From the NCBI GenBank assembly GCA_001779535.1, contig MFKJ01000023.1, positions 1-44,927 on the forward strand: 44,927 nt of DNA, written 5' to 3'. Below are positions 16,980-27,219 of the stretch, piece after piece (position 1 is the stretch's first letter; every line of letters starts with the position of its first letter). The stretch comes from Candidatus Jorgensenbacteria bacterium RIFCSPHIGHO2_02_FULL_45_20 (GTDB lineage: Bacteria; Patescibacteriota; Minisyncoccia; UBA6257; GWB1-50-10). A model generated the notes under the pieces. The model was not told where the DNA came from. It saw only the letters and a program-made list of their open reading frames with translations, and made no database searches. The position numbers and the translations under genes are program-made.

Positions 16980-18441
16980 GAACCGCTATATCGTCTTCAA
17001 ACTGATTGGCTTTTTGAACCACCGGATCGCCGTACCAAAAACGGTACGTATACCAGTTTCCGCCGGCATAGTATTTGGCGGCGGCGCAACGTTCCAAAAG
17101 CGTTTGATAATCGACAATATTTTTATTTGTGTCCGCGTATGTTTTACAGCTCGCAGAAGAAAGAAGATCTCTTATATACGCTCCCGTAGCGGCAAACGCG
17201 TCGGAGTTGTTCCATGGAGATGGGGGATTGTTGCCTGTTATTTTGGATATAGTGCTTTCATAAATTTTCCACGTTGAGGGAATAAACTGTGCCGGTCCCA
17301 TAGCGCCTCCATAGGCGCCGTGCTGGTTTGCGCATGATACTTTCGCGAAGTCGGATTTTGGGTCTATGCCGAGGCGTTGTGTCATGTCTAAAAAGTACGG
17401 CACATCGCGCGTTGGATGCATGGCCGTTTCATATGAACATCGGCCTACGTTTTTCCCGAGAAGCGATTCCCTGTCAAGTATGGCGAGTATGAGTGCTGCG
17501 CGGACACCTGTAGCGCTCTCCGCGAGTTTCGCATAGTTGTAGGCCTTTTCGAAAGTAAGTTCTCCGCCGCCAAGAAGTTCAAATATGCGCGCTCTAATTT
17601 GCGCGGCGCTTGCCTGTGTTTTAACAAGCGCTTTCTGATATTCGGATTCCTTTCCTTGTGTTTCTTTGAGGATCTGATTTTTCGACGATTGTGTCGACTG
17701 AACCTGCCTTTTTTGTGCCTGTTGCATGGCTCGCAGGTTTTCAACATCTTCTTTTTCAAGGGATAGTTGCTGTTTTTGTTCGAGAAGATCCCCGCGCAGT
17801 TTCGTTATGTTTTCAAGGGAAATCCGGAGATTATCTTGCACCAGAACTATGTCATTCAGCGTTCCAAAGAAATCGGAAAGCTTATCATTCGCGAGGAGAA
17901 TCGTCATAAGGTTCTGATTGTCTGTTTCGTAAACGCTTTGTACGGCTTCCGCGAGCGCTTCTTTGTGCGTATCTATTTTATTTTCGGTGCGGTTAATTTG
18001 CTTTTGGGTGTCCGTTATGTCTTCGTTCAGCTTCGATAGATTTACGTTTATCGCTTGAATCTGAAGATTCGTTTTATTTATTTTGGCATTAAGCGTGGCT
18101 ATTTCGTTTTTCAGCGTGTTGCCCTGTTTTTTGTATGTGTCTATGGTTTTCTGCGTTTCCTCGATTTGTTTTTCATATTCTGCAAGTTGGCGTTCAAGTT
18201 CGGCGCGTTCGTTTTGAGATGACTGGGCTTGATTATTTGCTTCCTGCGCGGATACGGAAATTGTTTGCGGCGCGTTTACGGAACCGACAAAGAAAAAAAT
18301 AAAAATAAGCGCAAGTCCCGCGTATTTAAGAATTGGAAAAAAGGGAATGCGGATTTCTTTGTATTTTGAAGATACAAACACCGTTTGTTTTCCGCCGGTT
18401 TTTATATCGGCTGTTACTCTCGGCCTATTTGTGAAACTCAT
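16966..18441 (-). CDS. Membrane-anchored coiled-coil protein with a C-terminal lytic transglycosylase (SLT_2/MltB-like) domain
   Basis: One transmembrane segment, a long Q/E/K-rich coiled coil, then ILDRESLLG...[13 protein letters not shown]. The ORF opens at 18504; the ATG at 18441 precedes the transmembrane segment. Confidence 0.8.
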   Translation of the reverse strand: MSFTNRPRVTADIKTGGKQTVFVSSKYKEIRIPFFPILKYAGLALIFIFFFVGSVNAPQTISVSAQEANNQAQSSQNERAELERQLAEYEKQIEETQKTIDTYKKQGNTLKNEIATLNAKINKTNLQIQAINVNLSKLNEDITDTQKQINRTENKIDTHKEALAEAVQSVYETDNQNLMTILLANDKLSDFFGTLNDIVLVQDNLRISLENITKLRGDLLEQKQQLSLEKEDVENLRAMQQAQKRQVQSTQSSKNQILKETQGKESEYQKALVKTQASAAQIRARIFELLGGGELTFEKAYNYAKLAESATGVRAALILAILDRESLLGKNVGRCSYETAMHPTRDVPYFLDMTQRLGIDPKSDFAKVSCANQHGAYGGAMGPAQFIPSTWKIYESTISKITGNNPPSPWNNSDAFAATGAYIRDLLSSASCKTYADTNKNIVDYQTLLERCAAAKYYAGGNWYTYRFWYGDPVVQKANQFEDDIAVLKKG

Positions 18442-18600
18442 TTGCTTATTATGATTAAAGTATACACCATTTTTGCGCAGACGCTCTCTACCTATATAAA
18501 ACAAAAAATAAGATGTAATCGTTACGAAACTTGTTTACTGAAACGTTCTTCCGTTATTCAAATGGTGTTTTGGTTATAAAGAGATTGCGTTTCGGATAAT

Positions 18601-18634
18601 AACACTCCAACATTCTCAAAAATGTTGGAGTGTT
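18601..18634 (-). terminator. 14-bp perfect hairpin downstream of the bL25 gene
   Basis: AACACTCCAACATT / AATGTTGGAGTGTT with a 6-nt loop, and an A/T-rich flank. Confidence 0.5.
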
Positions 18635-18646
18635 ATGTTCTCGTTT

Positions 18647-19300
18647 TTACGCTTTCGGTTTCTCTTTTATGGCAATGCCTCCTTCCTCTGTTTTTATTAC
18701 CTCCGCCTCTGCGTTTTCTTCCGTGAGCGGAATTTCAACCTTAGCCGCTTCTTCTTTTTCCTTCTCTGTCACGGTGGCTATAACAGTATTTTCCGGTATT
18801 GTGATTTTTACGTTATCCGGAATTTCTATATCTTTTATTTCGATTGATTGACCGGGGTTTTGTAAAGACGTTATATCAACAACGAACGAATGCGGTATGT
18901 GTTGTGGCAATGTTTCTATTTCGATAGAAACTATCGTTTTTACAAGCACATAGCCATTTTTGGCGGCCATATCCGTTCCCTTATATTCTATCGGGATATC
19001 CACGTTTATTTTTTCATCTTTTCTGACAGCGCGAAAATCAACCGATATAAACGCGCGCGATATCGGATCTACCTGCGTTTCGGAAATTATCGCCGGCATT
19101 TTTTCGCTACTGTCTATGATTAGCGAAATAATCGTATTTTCACCGGCTTTTTTATACACTTTGGCAAATTCTTTGGCTTGAACGCTTAAATGCTTGTTTT
19201 GGATTCCGCGTCCGAAAACTTCCGCTGGAATAAACCCACTTTTCCGGAGACCTTTAGTTTTTTTACCGAGCAATGTTCGGATTTGCGCGTTAAGTTCCAT
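18647..19300 (-). CDS. rplY: Ribosomal protein bL25 (Ctc form)
   Basis: MELNAQIRTLLGKKTKGLRKSGFIPAEVFG... plus the acidic C-terminal extension typical of Ctc-type L25. Confidence 0.9.
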   Translation of the reverse strand: MELNAQIRTLLGKKTKGLRKSGFIPAEVFGRGIQNKHLSVQAKEFAKVYKKAGENTIISLIIDSSEKMPAIISETQVDPISRAFISVDFRAVRKDEKINVDIPIEYKGTDMAAKNGYVLVKTIVSIEIETLPQHIPHSFVVDITSLQNPGQSIEIKDIEIPDNVKITIPENTVIATVTEKEKEEAAKVEIPLTEENAEAEVIKTEEGGIAIKEKPKA

Positions 19301-19304
19301 AACT

Positions 19305-19610
19305 TTACTTTTTTATTTTTTTTGCTTTCGCTGCGGCCATTCCCGCTGAAGCGGTTACCACTTTGATTTTGTTTCCGCTCTTTCTAACTTTCTTGTCTTT
19401 TTTGGGCTGTGCCTTCGCGCGCCTTGTTTTAAACCTTTCCGCGCGTCCGGCAGTGTCTACGAGTTGTTGCGACCCTGTGTAAAATGGGTGGCACTTGCTG
19501 CATATTTCAACGTTAATTTTCTGCTTTGTCGTACCGATTTTCATTTTGTTCCCGCACGCGCACGTTATCTCGGCGTCTGAATAATATTTTGGATGCAAAT
19601 CTTTTTTCAT
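19305..19610 (-). CDS. rpmE: Ribosomal protein bL31 with a lysine-rich C-terminal extension
   Basis: [10 protein letters not shown]...CACGN...[10 protein letters not shown]. Confidence 0.9.
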   Translation of the reverse strand: MKKDLHPKYYSDAEITCACGNKMKIGTTKQKINVEICSKCHPFYTGSQQLVDTAGRAERFKTRRAKAQPKKDKKVRKSGNKIKVVTASAGMAAAKAKKIKK

Positions 19611-19701
19611 AATCTTTTACTAATTCCTGAATAGGCAGAATTATTGCATACATCGCGGCAAATGGCAATATATATAAACTCACACATATAGATAGTGAAG
19701 T

Positions 19702-19710
19702 TGTGGAAAA
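19702..19710 (-). promoter_or_regulatory. TTTTCCACA (fits the relaxed DnaA-box TTWTNCACA) abutting the 23S promoter -35
   Basis: TGTGGAAAA on the plus strand, 6 nt upstream of TTGACA. Confidence 0.35.
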
Positions 19711-19716
19711 CCGCAT

Positions 19717-19744
19717 TTGACATCATTTCGGTTTTGATTATAAT
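19717..19744 (+). promoter_or_regulatory. Consensus sigma70 promoter for the 23S-5S unit
   Basis: TTGACA at 19717-19722, a 16-nt spacer, and TATAAT at 19739-19744. Confidence 0.7.
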
Positions 19745-20096
19745 CATAATTACGAATTAGAAATGGATAAAAACGTCAAATATTACGCGGGCGGTTCGTC
19801 CTAAGTAAGCGTTTTTAGAACGCACCGGTCCGCCTCTAACGGCGGAATTTTTTTATCGTTTCGGAGAATCGACTGATGTTTTATAAATAAATAGCGAAAT
19901 CAGTTTTTTGAGGTAGAAATTATATCCGCTTGTTTTTATGGGAAGAAGCACGTAAGGGTGGATGGAGGATGCCTTGGCATTAAATGGCGACGAAGGACGC
20001 GGCGTAGCGGCGATACTCTTCGGGTAGGTGCGTAGCAACCTGTGATCCGGAGATGTCCGAATGGGGAAACCCTCTGCGGAAAACCCGCAGAACCGG

Positions 20097-20199
20097 CGCA
20101 TCTCACTAAGGCGAGATGCGAATGATTAAATTTTTATTTTTGTAATTTTATAAATAGAATTTCAAATTGAAAATTCGCATAGAACTTTAGTGAGGTGCG
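20097..20199 (+). repeat. Family-B insertion in 23S domain I
   Basis: Starts CGCATCTCACTAAGGCGAGATGCGAAT and ends AAAATTCGCATAGAACTTTAGTGAGGTGCG. The termini are near-identical to those at 4644-4790. Confidence 0.8.
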
Positions 20200-20254
20200 T
20201 TGGAGCGCACCTGGTGAAGTGAAACATCTCAGTAACCAGAGGAAAATAAAACAA

Positions 20255-20316
20255 GTCGTGCCTCACTTTTGTTCGGCACTCGATTTTATCGGTGGCGAGC
20301 AAGAGCGAGGCACGAA
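20255..20316 (+). other. Unclassified ~62-nt hairpin insertion in the 23S
   Basis: It interrupts GGAAAATAAAACAA | GAAAGATTCCCTGAGTAGCGGCGAGCG. The closing stem is GTGCCTC/GAGGCAC. Confidence 0.65.
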
Positions 20317-20317
20317 A

Positions 20318-20348
<31 letters not shown>

Positions 20349-20362
20349 GAAGCCTAAACCAG

Positions 20363-20428
20363 CCGACGCATAGCATCGGAACGACGATCCGCCAGCTGGC
20401 GGATTGAAATTCCGCTGCTATGTAGCGG
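20363..20428 (+). repeat. Family-A module, short form, in the 23S
   Basis: ccgacgcatagcatcgg-aacgac-gatccgccagctggcggat-tgaaattcc-gctgctatgtagcgg. Confidence 0.8.
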
Positions 20429-20675
20429 GTGGGGTTGCAAGGCAGGAAAAATTTTGCGTTTCGCGTAGGACTTCGCAAGAATAATTGCGCGAATCGCGAA
20501 AGTTGGTTACAAATCAGCTTGGTTAGCCGAAGTTATTGGAACGTAACACCAAAGAGGGCGAACGTCCCGTAGGCGAAAACCATGCGACCAATTTTTTTCT
20601 GTTCTTAAGTACCTCGAGGCCAAAATACCACGAGGGAAGCCGGGAGTACTATCTCCCAAGGCTAAATACATTTAA

Positions 20676-20718
<43 letters not shown>

Positions 20719-20780
20719 GCCCTGTTAGGGCGATGAAATAGTACCTGAAACCATCCACTTACAAAGAACCGGAGCACTGA

Positions 20781-20846
20781 CCAGTGCGTAGCACTGGAAT
20801 GACGATCCGCCAGCTGGCGGATGGAAATTCCACTGCTATGCAGTGG
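20781..20846 (+). repeat. Family-A module, short form, in the 23S
   Basis: Identical to the 16S copy at 4487-4552 except for the hairpin-2 loop (AGCT versus GGTT). Confidence 0.85.
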
Positions 20847-20952
20847 CGTGTGACGGTGTGCCTATTGAAGAATGAGCCAACGAGTTTATTTATATTGCGT
20901 GTCTAAGTCCGAGAAGGACGGAGGCGTAGGGAAACCGAGTGTTAATAGCGCG

Positions 20953-21100
20953 TATCGTGTCTCACCATCGTTCAGCACACGCTGATCTATGCCAATTGAG
21001 CCAATGATTAATGTGGATTATGTTGAAATGCATATCCGTATAAATCATTCTCAAGTCCGTGTTAATCCGTATCAGTGCCGAACGGTAGCGAGACACGATA
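20953..21100 (+). other. Unclassified ~148-nt long-hairpin insertion in the 23S
   Basis: The 11-bp closing stem TATCGTGTCTC/GAGACACGATA interrupts ...GTTAATAGCGCG | AGCAGTATGAATAAGACCCGAAACC. Confidence 0.7.
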
Positions 21101-21609
21101 AGCAGTATGAATAAGACCCGAAACCAGACGAGCTTGCCCTGGCCAGGGTGAAGTCCCGCGAAGGCGGGATGGAGGCCCGAACCGGTTGGTTGTTCAACAC
21201 CTTCGGATGAGTTGGGGTAAGGAGTGAAAAGCTAATCGAGTTTGGTAATAGCTGGTTCTCTCCGAAATAGTTTTAGGACTAGCGTCGGAATAAGATTCTC
21301 GGGGGTAGAGCACTGGATGATCGTGAAAGGGAGAAATCTCGCGCGATCAATCAAACTCCGAATACCGAGATATTGTTTTCCGGCAGTCAGACTACGGGGG
21401 CTAAGCTCCGTGGTCGCGAGGGGAAGAGCCCAGATCGCCGTCTAAGGTCCCCAAGTCCATGCTAAGTGTTAAAGGTGGTCGCGTTCCATAAACAGATAGG
21501 AGGTTGGCTTAGAGGTAGCCATCCTTTAAAGAGTGTGTAACAACTCACTATTCGAGGAATGCGGCGCCGAAAATTTATCGGGGCTCAAGCATGGCACCGA
21601 AGACGCGGA

Positions 21610-21781
21610 CCGTTGCGGAGCAACGGAAGCTCCAAATTCCAGATTCCAAATTCTAAATAAATTCTAAATTCTAATTTTCAAATATCAAAACGAATAATTG
21701 TTTTGGTCATTTGAATTTTGTGCTTTGATATTGTTTAGGACTTGGTGTTTGGTGCTTGGGATTTCCGTCGCTTCGCGACGG
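21610..21781 (+). repeat. Family-A module, long form, at the 23S helix near E. coli ~1170
   Basis: H1 ccgttgcggagcaacgg, then AT-rich filler with AAATTC repeats (the inverse of GAATTTAGAATTT), then gggatttcc and H3 ccgtcgcttcgcgacgg. Confidence 0.75.
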
Positions 21782-22452
21782 TGGTAGGAGAGCATTCCAT
21801 GAGCACTGAAGCAGAACCCGTGAGGGGCTGTGGAGCGCATGGAAGAGAGAATGTTGGCATTAGTAATCGCAATCCCGATGAAAACTCGGGACCCCGAAAA
21901 TCCAAGGTTTCCTCCGCAACGAAAATCGACGGAGGGTAAGGCGGCCCTAAGGCAATGGCGAAAGCCGCAGCCGATGGACAGCCGGTTAATATTCCGGCCC
22001 TCCCGCTTTTTTTCGATGAAGTGACGAAGCAAAGTAGATTGAACGTCTTAATGGTTTGATGTTTTTGACCGAGTGTGGGTGCTAGGCAAATCCGGCATCC
22101 TGGATTCAATTCCGAACATCAGGGTAGAAACGAGGTAGGGTTTTTTGCCTTGCCAAGTCAATCGAGCTTGTTTCCGAGAAAAGCTTCTAGAGCTAAAAAA
22201 GTGGGATCCGTACCGTAAACCGCCACAGGTGGGTGAGGCGAGAAGCCTCAGGGGAACGTGTGAGTCCTCGTTAAGGAACTCGGCAAAAAAGCTAGGCGTA
22301 ACTTTGGGATAAGCCTTGCCAGTGCTTCGCACTGGCCGCAGCTAAAGTATCTCTAGCGACTGTTTACCAAAAACACAGCTCCCTGCGAACTCGTAAGAGG
22401 AAGTATAGGGGGTGACGCCTGACCGATGCGAGAAGGTTAACGATGGGGGTTC

Positions 22453-22518
22453 CCAGTGTGCAGCACTGGAATGACGATCCGCCAGCTGGCGGATGGAAGT
22501 TCCAACGCTGTGCGTTGG
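22453..22518 (+). repeat. Family-A module, short form, in 23S domain IV
   Basis: ccagtgtgcagcactgg-aatgac-gatccgccagctggcggat-ggaagttcc-aacgctgtgcgttgg. Confidence 0.8.
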
Positions 22519-23377
22519 GGGCTCACTGTCCGAAGCCCTCGTCAATGTCCGCGGTAACTATAACCGTGTTAAAGTAGCGCAATTCCTTTCCGGGTAAGTT
22601 CCGGAGCGCATGAAAGGCGTAACGACTGGAGAACTGTCTCAACGAGGAGCTCGATGAACGTGCGATACCCGTGAAGACGCGGGTTACCGGCAGCAAGACG
22701 AAAAGACCCCGGAAGCTTTACTGTAGCTTGATATTGGGAGTAATAGTGTAATGCGTAGCATAGTGGGGAGACTTTGAAAGTTCGCTTTCGGGCGGACCGG
22801 AGTCGCCAGTGAAATACCCATCTTTATATTGTTGCTTTCTAACCCGTACGGCAAAAACGTATGGGGACAGTGTCTGGCGGGCAGTTTTTCTGGGGCGGAA
22901 CCCTCCTAAAAAGTAACGGAGGGGCCTATTATGGTCAGCTTGGCGCGGATGGAAATCGCGCCTAAAGTGCAAACGCAAAAGCTGGCTTGACTGCAAGACT
23001 TACAAGTCGCGCAGGTGCGAAAGCAGAGGTTAGCGACCCGACTATTCTTTATAGAAAGGTAGGAGATAACGGACAAAAGTTACTCCGGGGATAACAGGCT
23101 GGTGTTGTCTGAGCGTCCCTAGCGACGACAACGCTCGGCACCTCGATGTCGGCTCACCACATCCCGGGGGTGGAGAAGCTCCCAAGGGTTTGGCTGTTCG
23201 CCAATTAAAGTGGTACGCGAGCTGGGTTCAAACCGTCGTGAGACAGGTTGGTCTCTATCTGCTGTCGGCGTGGGTGTTTGAGGGAAGTTGGCCCTAGTAC
23301 GAGAGGACCGGGCTGAACGAACCTCTGGTCTATCGGCTTTGCCACCAGGTGAATTGCCGAGTAGCTAAGTTCGGACA

Positions 23378-23411
<34 letters not shown>

Positions 23412-23478
23412 CTCCCAAGATTAAACACTAGTTCCGGGCAACTGGAACAACGCTTCCTGGAAGATTACCAGGTAAAAG

Positions 23479-23553
23479 CCGGTGCGTAGCACCGGAATGA
23501 TGATCTGTTATTAAGTTTGTTGAACAGATGGAAATTCCGTTGCTATGCAACGG
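23479..23553 (+). repeat. Family-A module with a variant hairpin 2, near the 23S 3' end
   Basis: ccggtgcgtagcaccgg-aatgat-gatctgtt...aacagat-ggaaattcc-gttgctatgcaacgg. Confidence 0.8.
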
Positions 23554-23685
23554 CGAATAGGCTCTAGGTGTAAGCGCAGTAATGCGTTCAGCCGAGGAGT
23601 ACTAAAAGTGTTATGTTTTTTCCCATTTCAATAAGCGGTAAAATTTCTATCTCAAAAAGCTGGTTTCGAAAATAAAAATTATTAT

Positions 23686-23819
23686 CAGTGGTTTCCCGGT
23701 GATCTAGCTGTATGTGCTCCACCTTTTCCCATTCCGAACAGAGAAGTGAAAGCATACAGCTCCGATGATACTTATCCCTTCGGGGATCGGGAAAGTAGGA
23801 TTCGCCGGGATACCACTAA
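23686..23819 (+). rRNA. rrf: 5S rRNA
   Basis: CCCATTCCGAACAGAGAAGTGAAAGC...CCGATGATAC...GGGAAAGTAGG. The terminal helix is CAGTGGTTTCCCGG / CCGGGATACCACTA. Confidence 0.85.
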
Positions 23820-23836
23820 TGGTAATTTTTTCACTC

Positions 23837-23861
23837 CCGCTACGGTAAAAGCGGTGTTTTT
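23837..23861 (+). terminator. Weak intrinsic terminator after the 5S
   Basis: CCGCT...AGCGG stem followed by TGTTTTT. Confidence 0.35.
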
Positions 23862-23970
23862 GTTATCGCCAGTTATTTGTTCCGTTTTTACCAAAAAACA
23901 CTTCGCAATTTTCAGCTACTGTCAATATTTACAATTTCCCCGATAAGTTTTTTTATAAAAACGCTTAAAG

Positions 23971-23988
23971 TTATCCACATTTTATAAT
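23971..23988 (+). promoter_or_regulatory. Exact TTATCCACA immediately upstream of TATAAT, ahead of the ribonucleotide reductase gene
   Basis: TTATCCACAtttTATAAT read directly. Confidence 0.5.
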
Positions 23989-24031
23989 CGGCAAATAATG
24001 TAAAATTAAAACACTTAAAAATCTAAAAACT

Positions 24032-26905
24032 ATGAGCGTACAAAAAACATCGGGTTCGCAGAAAAGGTTAGCCCTTACATCAAAAGAGTCGAAAGAGCAA
24101 AAAGATTCAAAAGAATCAAAAGACATAAATTTAATCAAAGAAACAAACTTGATTCCCCTCCCGCGCCGGTTCACAAAAGAAAGCCAAAGCCCCTATGATG
24201 AGGTTACTTGGGTCAAAAGAGACGCCGCCGTAGGCGGCGGCGGAGAAACAACTCGAGTGTTTGAACAAAAAAATGTCGACTTCCCCGACTTCTGGTCAAT
24301 GAACGCCGTCAATATAACAGTATCTAAATATTTTCACGGCCGTATGGGTTCGGACGAAAGGGAAACAAACCTTAAAATAGCCATCTCGAGGGTAGTGAAA
24401 ACCATCCGCGACTGGGGAGAGCGGTTTGGCTATTTCAAAACGAAAGAGCAGGCGCAAGTTTTCGAAGACGAACTCACCAATATTATTCTCTTCCAAAAAG
24501 CTAGTTTCAACAGCCCCGTCTGGTTCAACGTCGGCACATCCGAACATCCCCAATGCTCCGCGTGTTTTATCTTATCCGTTGAGGACAATATGGAATCTAT
24601 TCTCGATTGGATAAAAACCGAGGGACTTATTTTTAAGAACGGCTCTGGCGCGGGCATAAATCTTTCCAAACTGCGTTCTAAAATTGAAGGCCTTTCCGCA
24701 GGCGGGAGGTCGTCCGGCCCCGTCGCATTTATGCGTGGCGCCGACTCGGTCGCGGGAATGATAAAATCCGGCGGAATAACCCGTCGCGCCGCGAAGATGG
24801 TTATATTAGACGTAGACCACCCCGATGTGCACGAATTTATTCTGACAAAGTCCGATGAGGAGAAAAAAATCCGCGCTTTTCTGGACGCGGGCTTCAATAT
24901 GAGGGACTTAAACGACGAAGCATGGAATTCCATTCAATATCAGAACGCGAACAACTCTGTCCGCATCACGGACGACTTTATGCAGGCGGTCGAACGCGAC
25001 ACGGAATGGCTGACTCGAACCCGCCGTTCCGGCGAGGCGGGCCCGTCCTACAACGCCCGGTGGCTTTTGAACGAAATAGCCGAAGCGGCGTGGGCTTGCG
25101 GCGACCCCGGCGTCCAATTTGACACAACCATAAATAAGTGGCATACCTGTCCGAATTCCGGCAGAATCAACGCCTCGAATCCCTGCTCCGAATATATGCA
25201 CATCGACGACTCCGCCTGCAACCTCGCCTCCATAAACCTCCTTAAGTTTATTGATAAAAAGGGGATGTTCCTTGTGGACGATTTCACTCACACAATTAAT
25301 GTTCTCATTCTTGCGCAGGACATAATAGTCGAGGGTTCAAGTTACCCGACTGAAAAAATCACGAAAAATGCCCGCGCGTTCCGCCAGCTTGGTCTCGGTT
25401 TTGCGAACCTCGGCGCTCTTCTTATGCGTAAAGGCCTGCCTTATGACTCCGAAGAAGGACGCGCCCTCGCGGCTGAAATATCGTCCTTAATGTCCGGCGA
25501 AGCATATCGCTTTTCTGCTCTCATCGCGAAAAGAATGGGAACGTTCGCGGGTTTTCCTGTGAACAAGGAACCGATGATGAATGTAATCAAAATGCATGGC
25601 ATCGCTTCGCAAAGCGTAAACACGTTCCTCGTGGACGACGACAATCTCTCGCAAGCGTCCCGCAAAGTTTGGAATGAAGCGTACGCGCTCGGCAAAAAAT
25701 ATGGATATAGGAACTCGCAGGTTACGGTTATTGCTCCGACCGGCACCATCTCGTTCATGATGGACTGTGACACGACAGGTATTGAACCCGACTTTTCGCT
25801 TGTCAAATTTAAACAGCTCGCGGGCGGTGGGGGAATGAAAATAGTGAATATGAGTTTGGAATCGGCGCTCGTAAATCTCGGCTATATGCAAAATGAAATA
25901 ACGGAAATCATCGCGTGGATTTTGGAAAACGGAACCATAGAAGGCGCGCCGCATATGAAGGAATCCGACCTCGCGGTTTTCGACTGCGCCGTGAAGCCGG
26001 CAAAGGGCACGCGCTCCATCTCATGGAAAGGCCACGTTAAAATGGTAGCCGCCGTTCAGCCATTCATCTCCGGCGCCATCTCAAAGACATTCAATATGCC
26101 GAATGAGACCACAAAAGAAGAAATAGCGGAGTCATACATTATGGCATGGAAGTCCGGCATAAAATCATTTGCCGTTTACCGAGACGGCTCGAAAGCCGCG
26201 CAACCGCTAAGCACTTCATCGCAGGGCGCGAAGAAAGACGCCGCGAAAGACGAACTCCCCGAAATACGTAGAAAACGCCTTTCGCAAACGCACGCTTCCG
26301 AAACGCATAAATTTTCGGTCGCCGGCCACGAAGGATATATCACGTACGGAATGTACGAAGACGGCTCGCTCGGCGAACTTTTCATTATAATGTCAAAACA
26401 GGGGAGCACCCTTTCCGGCCTTCTCGACTCATTCGCAGTTTCCGTTTCCCTCGCGCTTCAATATGGCGTCCCTCTGAAGCGCATGGCGCAAAAATTTATC
26501 TACACTCGCTTCGAGCCGGCGGGTTTCACCGAAAATCCGGACATCCGCATAGCCACAAGTTTAGTTGACTATATTTTCCGCTATCTCGTTTTGAGATTTC
26601 TCGGTTCTGAAGACCTCTCCGACTTCGGGATGATACACTTCCTCGAATCCAAAGACGGTGGAATAAACGGCGAAATGGACAGTGTCGGCAATATAGAATC
26701 CGAAATAAAAATTCCGGCAACCATTATGGCTAAAACACTAAAAGGTAGTTCTTTCGGTTCCTCCTCCGAACATGTAGAAAAAAACGGAAACGGCAGAAGT
26801 ATCTTCGCGGGTACTGTCTGCAAAAAATGCGGCGGGATGATGGTCCGCACCGGCACCTGTATGACTTGCCAGCAATGCGGCGACACCTCCGGCGGCTGCT
26901 CGTAA
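24032..26905 (+). CDS. nrdJ: Class II (adenosylcobalamin-dependent) ribonucleotide reductase
   Basis: 957 aa with PYDEVTWVKRDA, SFNSPVWFNVG, ASNPCSEY and TGIEPDFSL, plus a C-terminal CKKCGG...CMTCQQCG zinc ribbon and a terminal GGCS tail. Confidence 0.9.
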   Translation: MSVQKTSGSQKRLALTSKESKEQKDSKESKDINLIKETNLIPLPRRFTKESQSPYDEVTWVKRDAAVGGGGETTRVFEQKNVDFPDFWSMNAVNITVSKYFHGRMGSDERETNLKIAISRVVKTIRDWGERFGYFKTKEQAQVFEDELTNIILFQKASFNSPVWFNVGTSEHPQCSACFILSVEDNMESILDWIKTEGLIFKNGSGAGINLSKLRSKIEGLSAGGRSSGPVAFMRGADSVAGMIKSGGITRRAAKMVILDVDHPDVHEFILTKSDEEKKIRAFLDAGFNMRDLNDEAWNSIQYQNANNSVRITDDFMQAVERDTEWLTRTRRSGEAGPSYNARWLLNEIAEAAWACGDPGVQFDTTINKWHTCPNSGRINASNPCSEYMHIDDSACNLASINLLKFIDKKGMFLVDDFTHTINVLILAQDIIVEGSSYPTEKITKNARAFRQLGLGFANLGALLMRKGLPYDSEEGRALAAEISSLMSGEAYRFSALIAKRMGTFAGFPVNKEPMMNVIKMHGIASQSVNTFLVDDDNLSQASRKVWNEAYALGKKYGYRNSQVTVIAPTGTISFMMDCDTTGIEPDFSLVKFKQLAGGGGMKIVNMSLESALVNLGYMQNEITEIIAWILENGTIEGAPHMKESDLAVFDCAVKPAKGTRSISWKGHVKMVAAVQPFISGAISKTFNMPNETTKEEIAESYIMAWKSGIKSFAVYRDGSKAAQPLSTSSQGAKKDAAKDELPEIRRKRLSQTHASETHKFSVAGHEGYITYGMYEDGSLGELFIIMSKQGSTLSGLLDSFAVSVSLALQYGVPLKRMAQKFIYTRFEPAGFTENPDIRIATSLVDYIFRYLVLRFLGSEDLSDFGMIHFLESKDGGINGEMDSVGNIESEIKIPATIMAKTLKGSSFGSSSEHVEKNGNGRSIFAGTVCKKCGGMMVRTGTCMTCQQCGDTSGGCS

Positions 26906-26930
26906 GAAGTTTTCTTTTGTTCTGTTGTAT

Positions 26931-26990
26931 TCCCCTCTCTCTTCTGCCTCCCTCATTAGAATAAGGGTGGGTATGGGGATTATTCTCTTC
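26931..26990 (+). repeat. Polypyrimidine-loop-polypurine element (pY/pR family), copy A
   Basis: tcccctctctcttctgcctccctcATTAGAATAagggtgggtatggggattattctcttc. Confidence 0.5.
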
Positions 26991-27023
26991 AGTTCCGCTA
27001 TACAAAACGTCGCGCGTCATAAT

Positions 27024-27078
27024 AATGTACGACGTACGACATCATACTCATAAAAATGTACGACGTACGACGTCATAC
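27024..27078 (+). repeat. Two 24-nt direct repeats, AATGTACGACGTACGAC(A/G)TCATAC
   Basis: 27024-27047 and 27055-27078, 23 of 24 identical, start-to-start spacing 31 nt. Each contains an internal GTACGAC duplication. Confidence 0.85.
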
Positions 27079-27219
27079 CATTAGTTTCCAAACCGCGCGC
27101 CGCCACCTCTCCAAAGATAGCTGGGTTATCTTCCTCCGCGTCTGCGTCCCGCCATTAATCCATCGTTCCTCCCCTGAACCTCCCCAATCCCCACGCCCGT
27201 ATGCTTTAATTAAAAGTAT

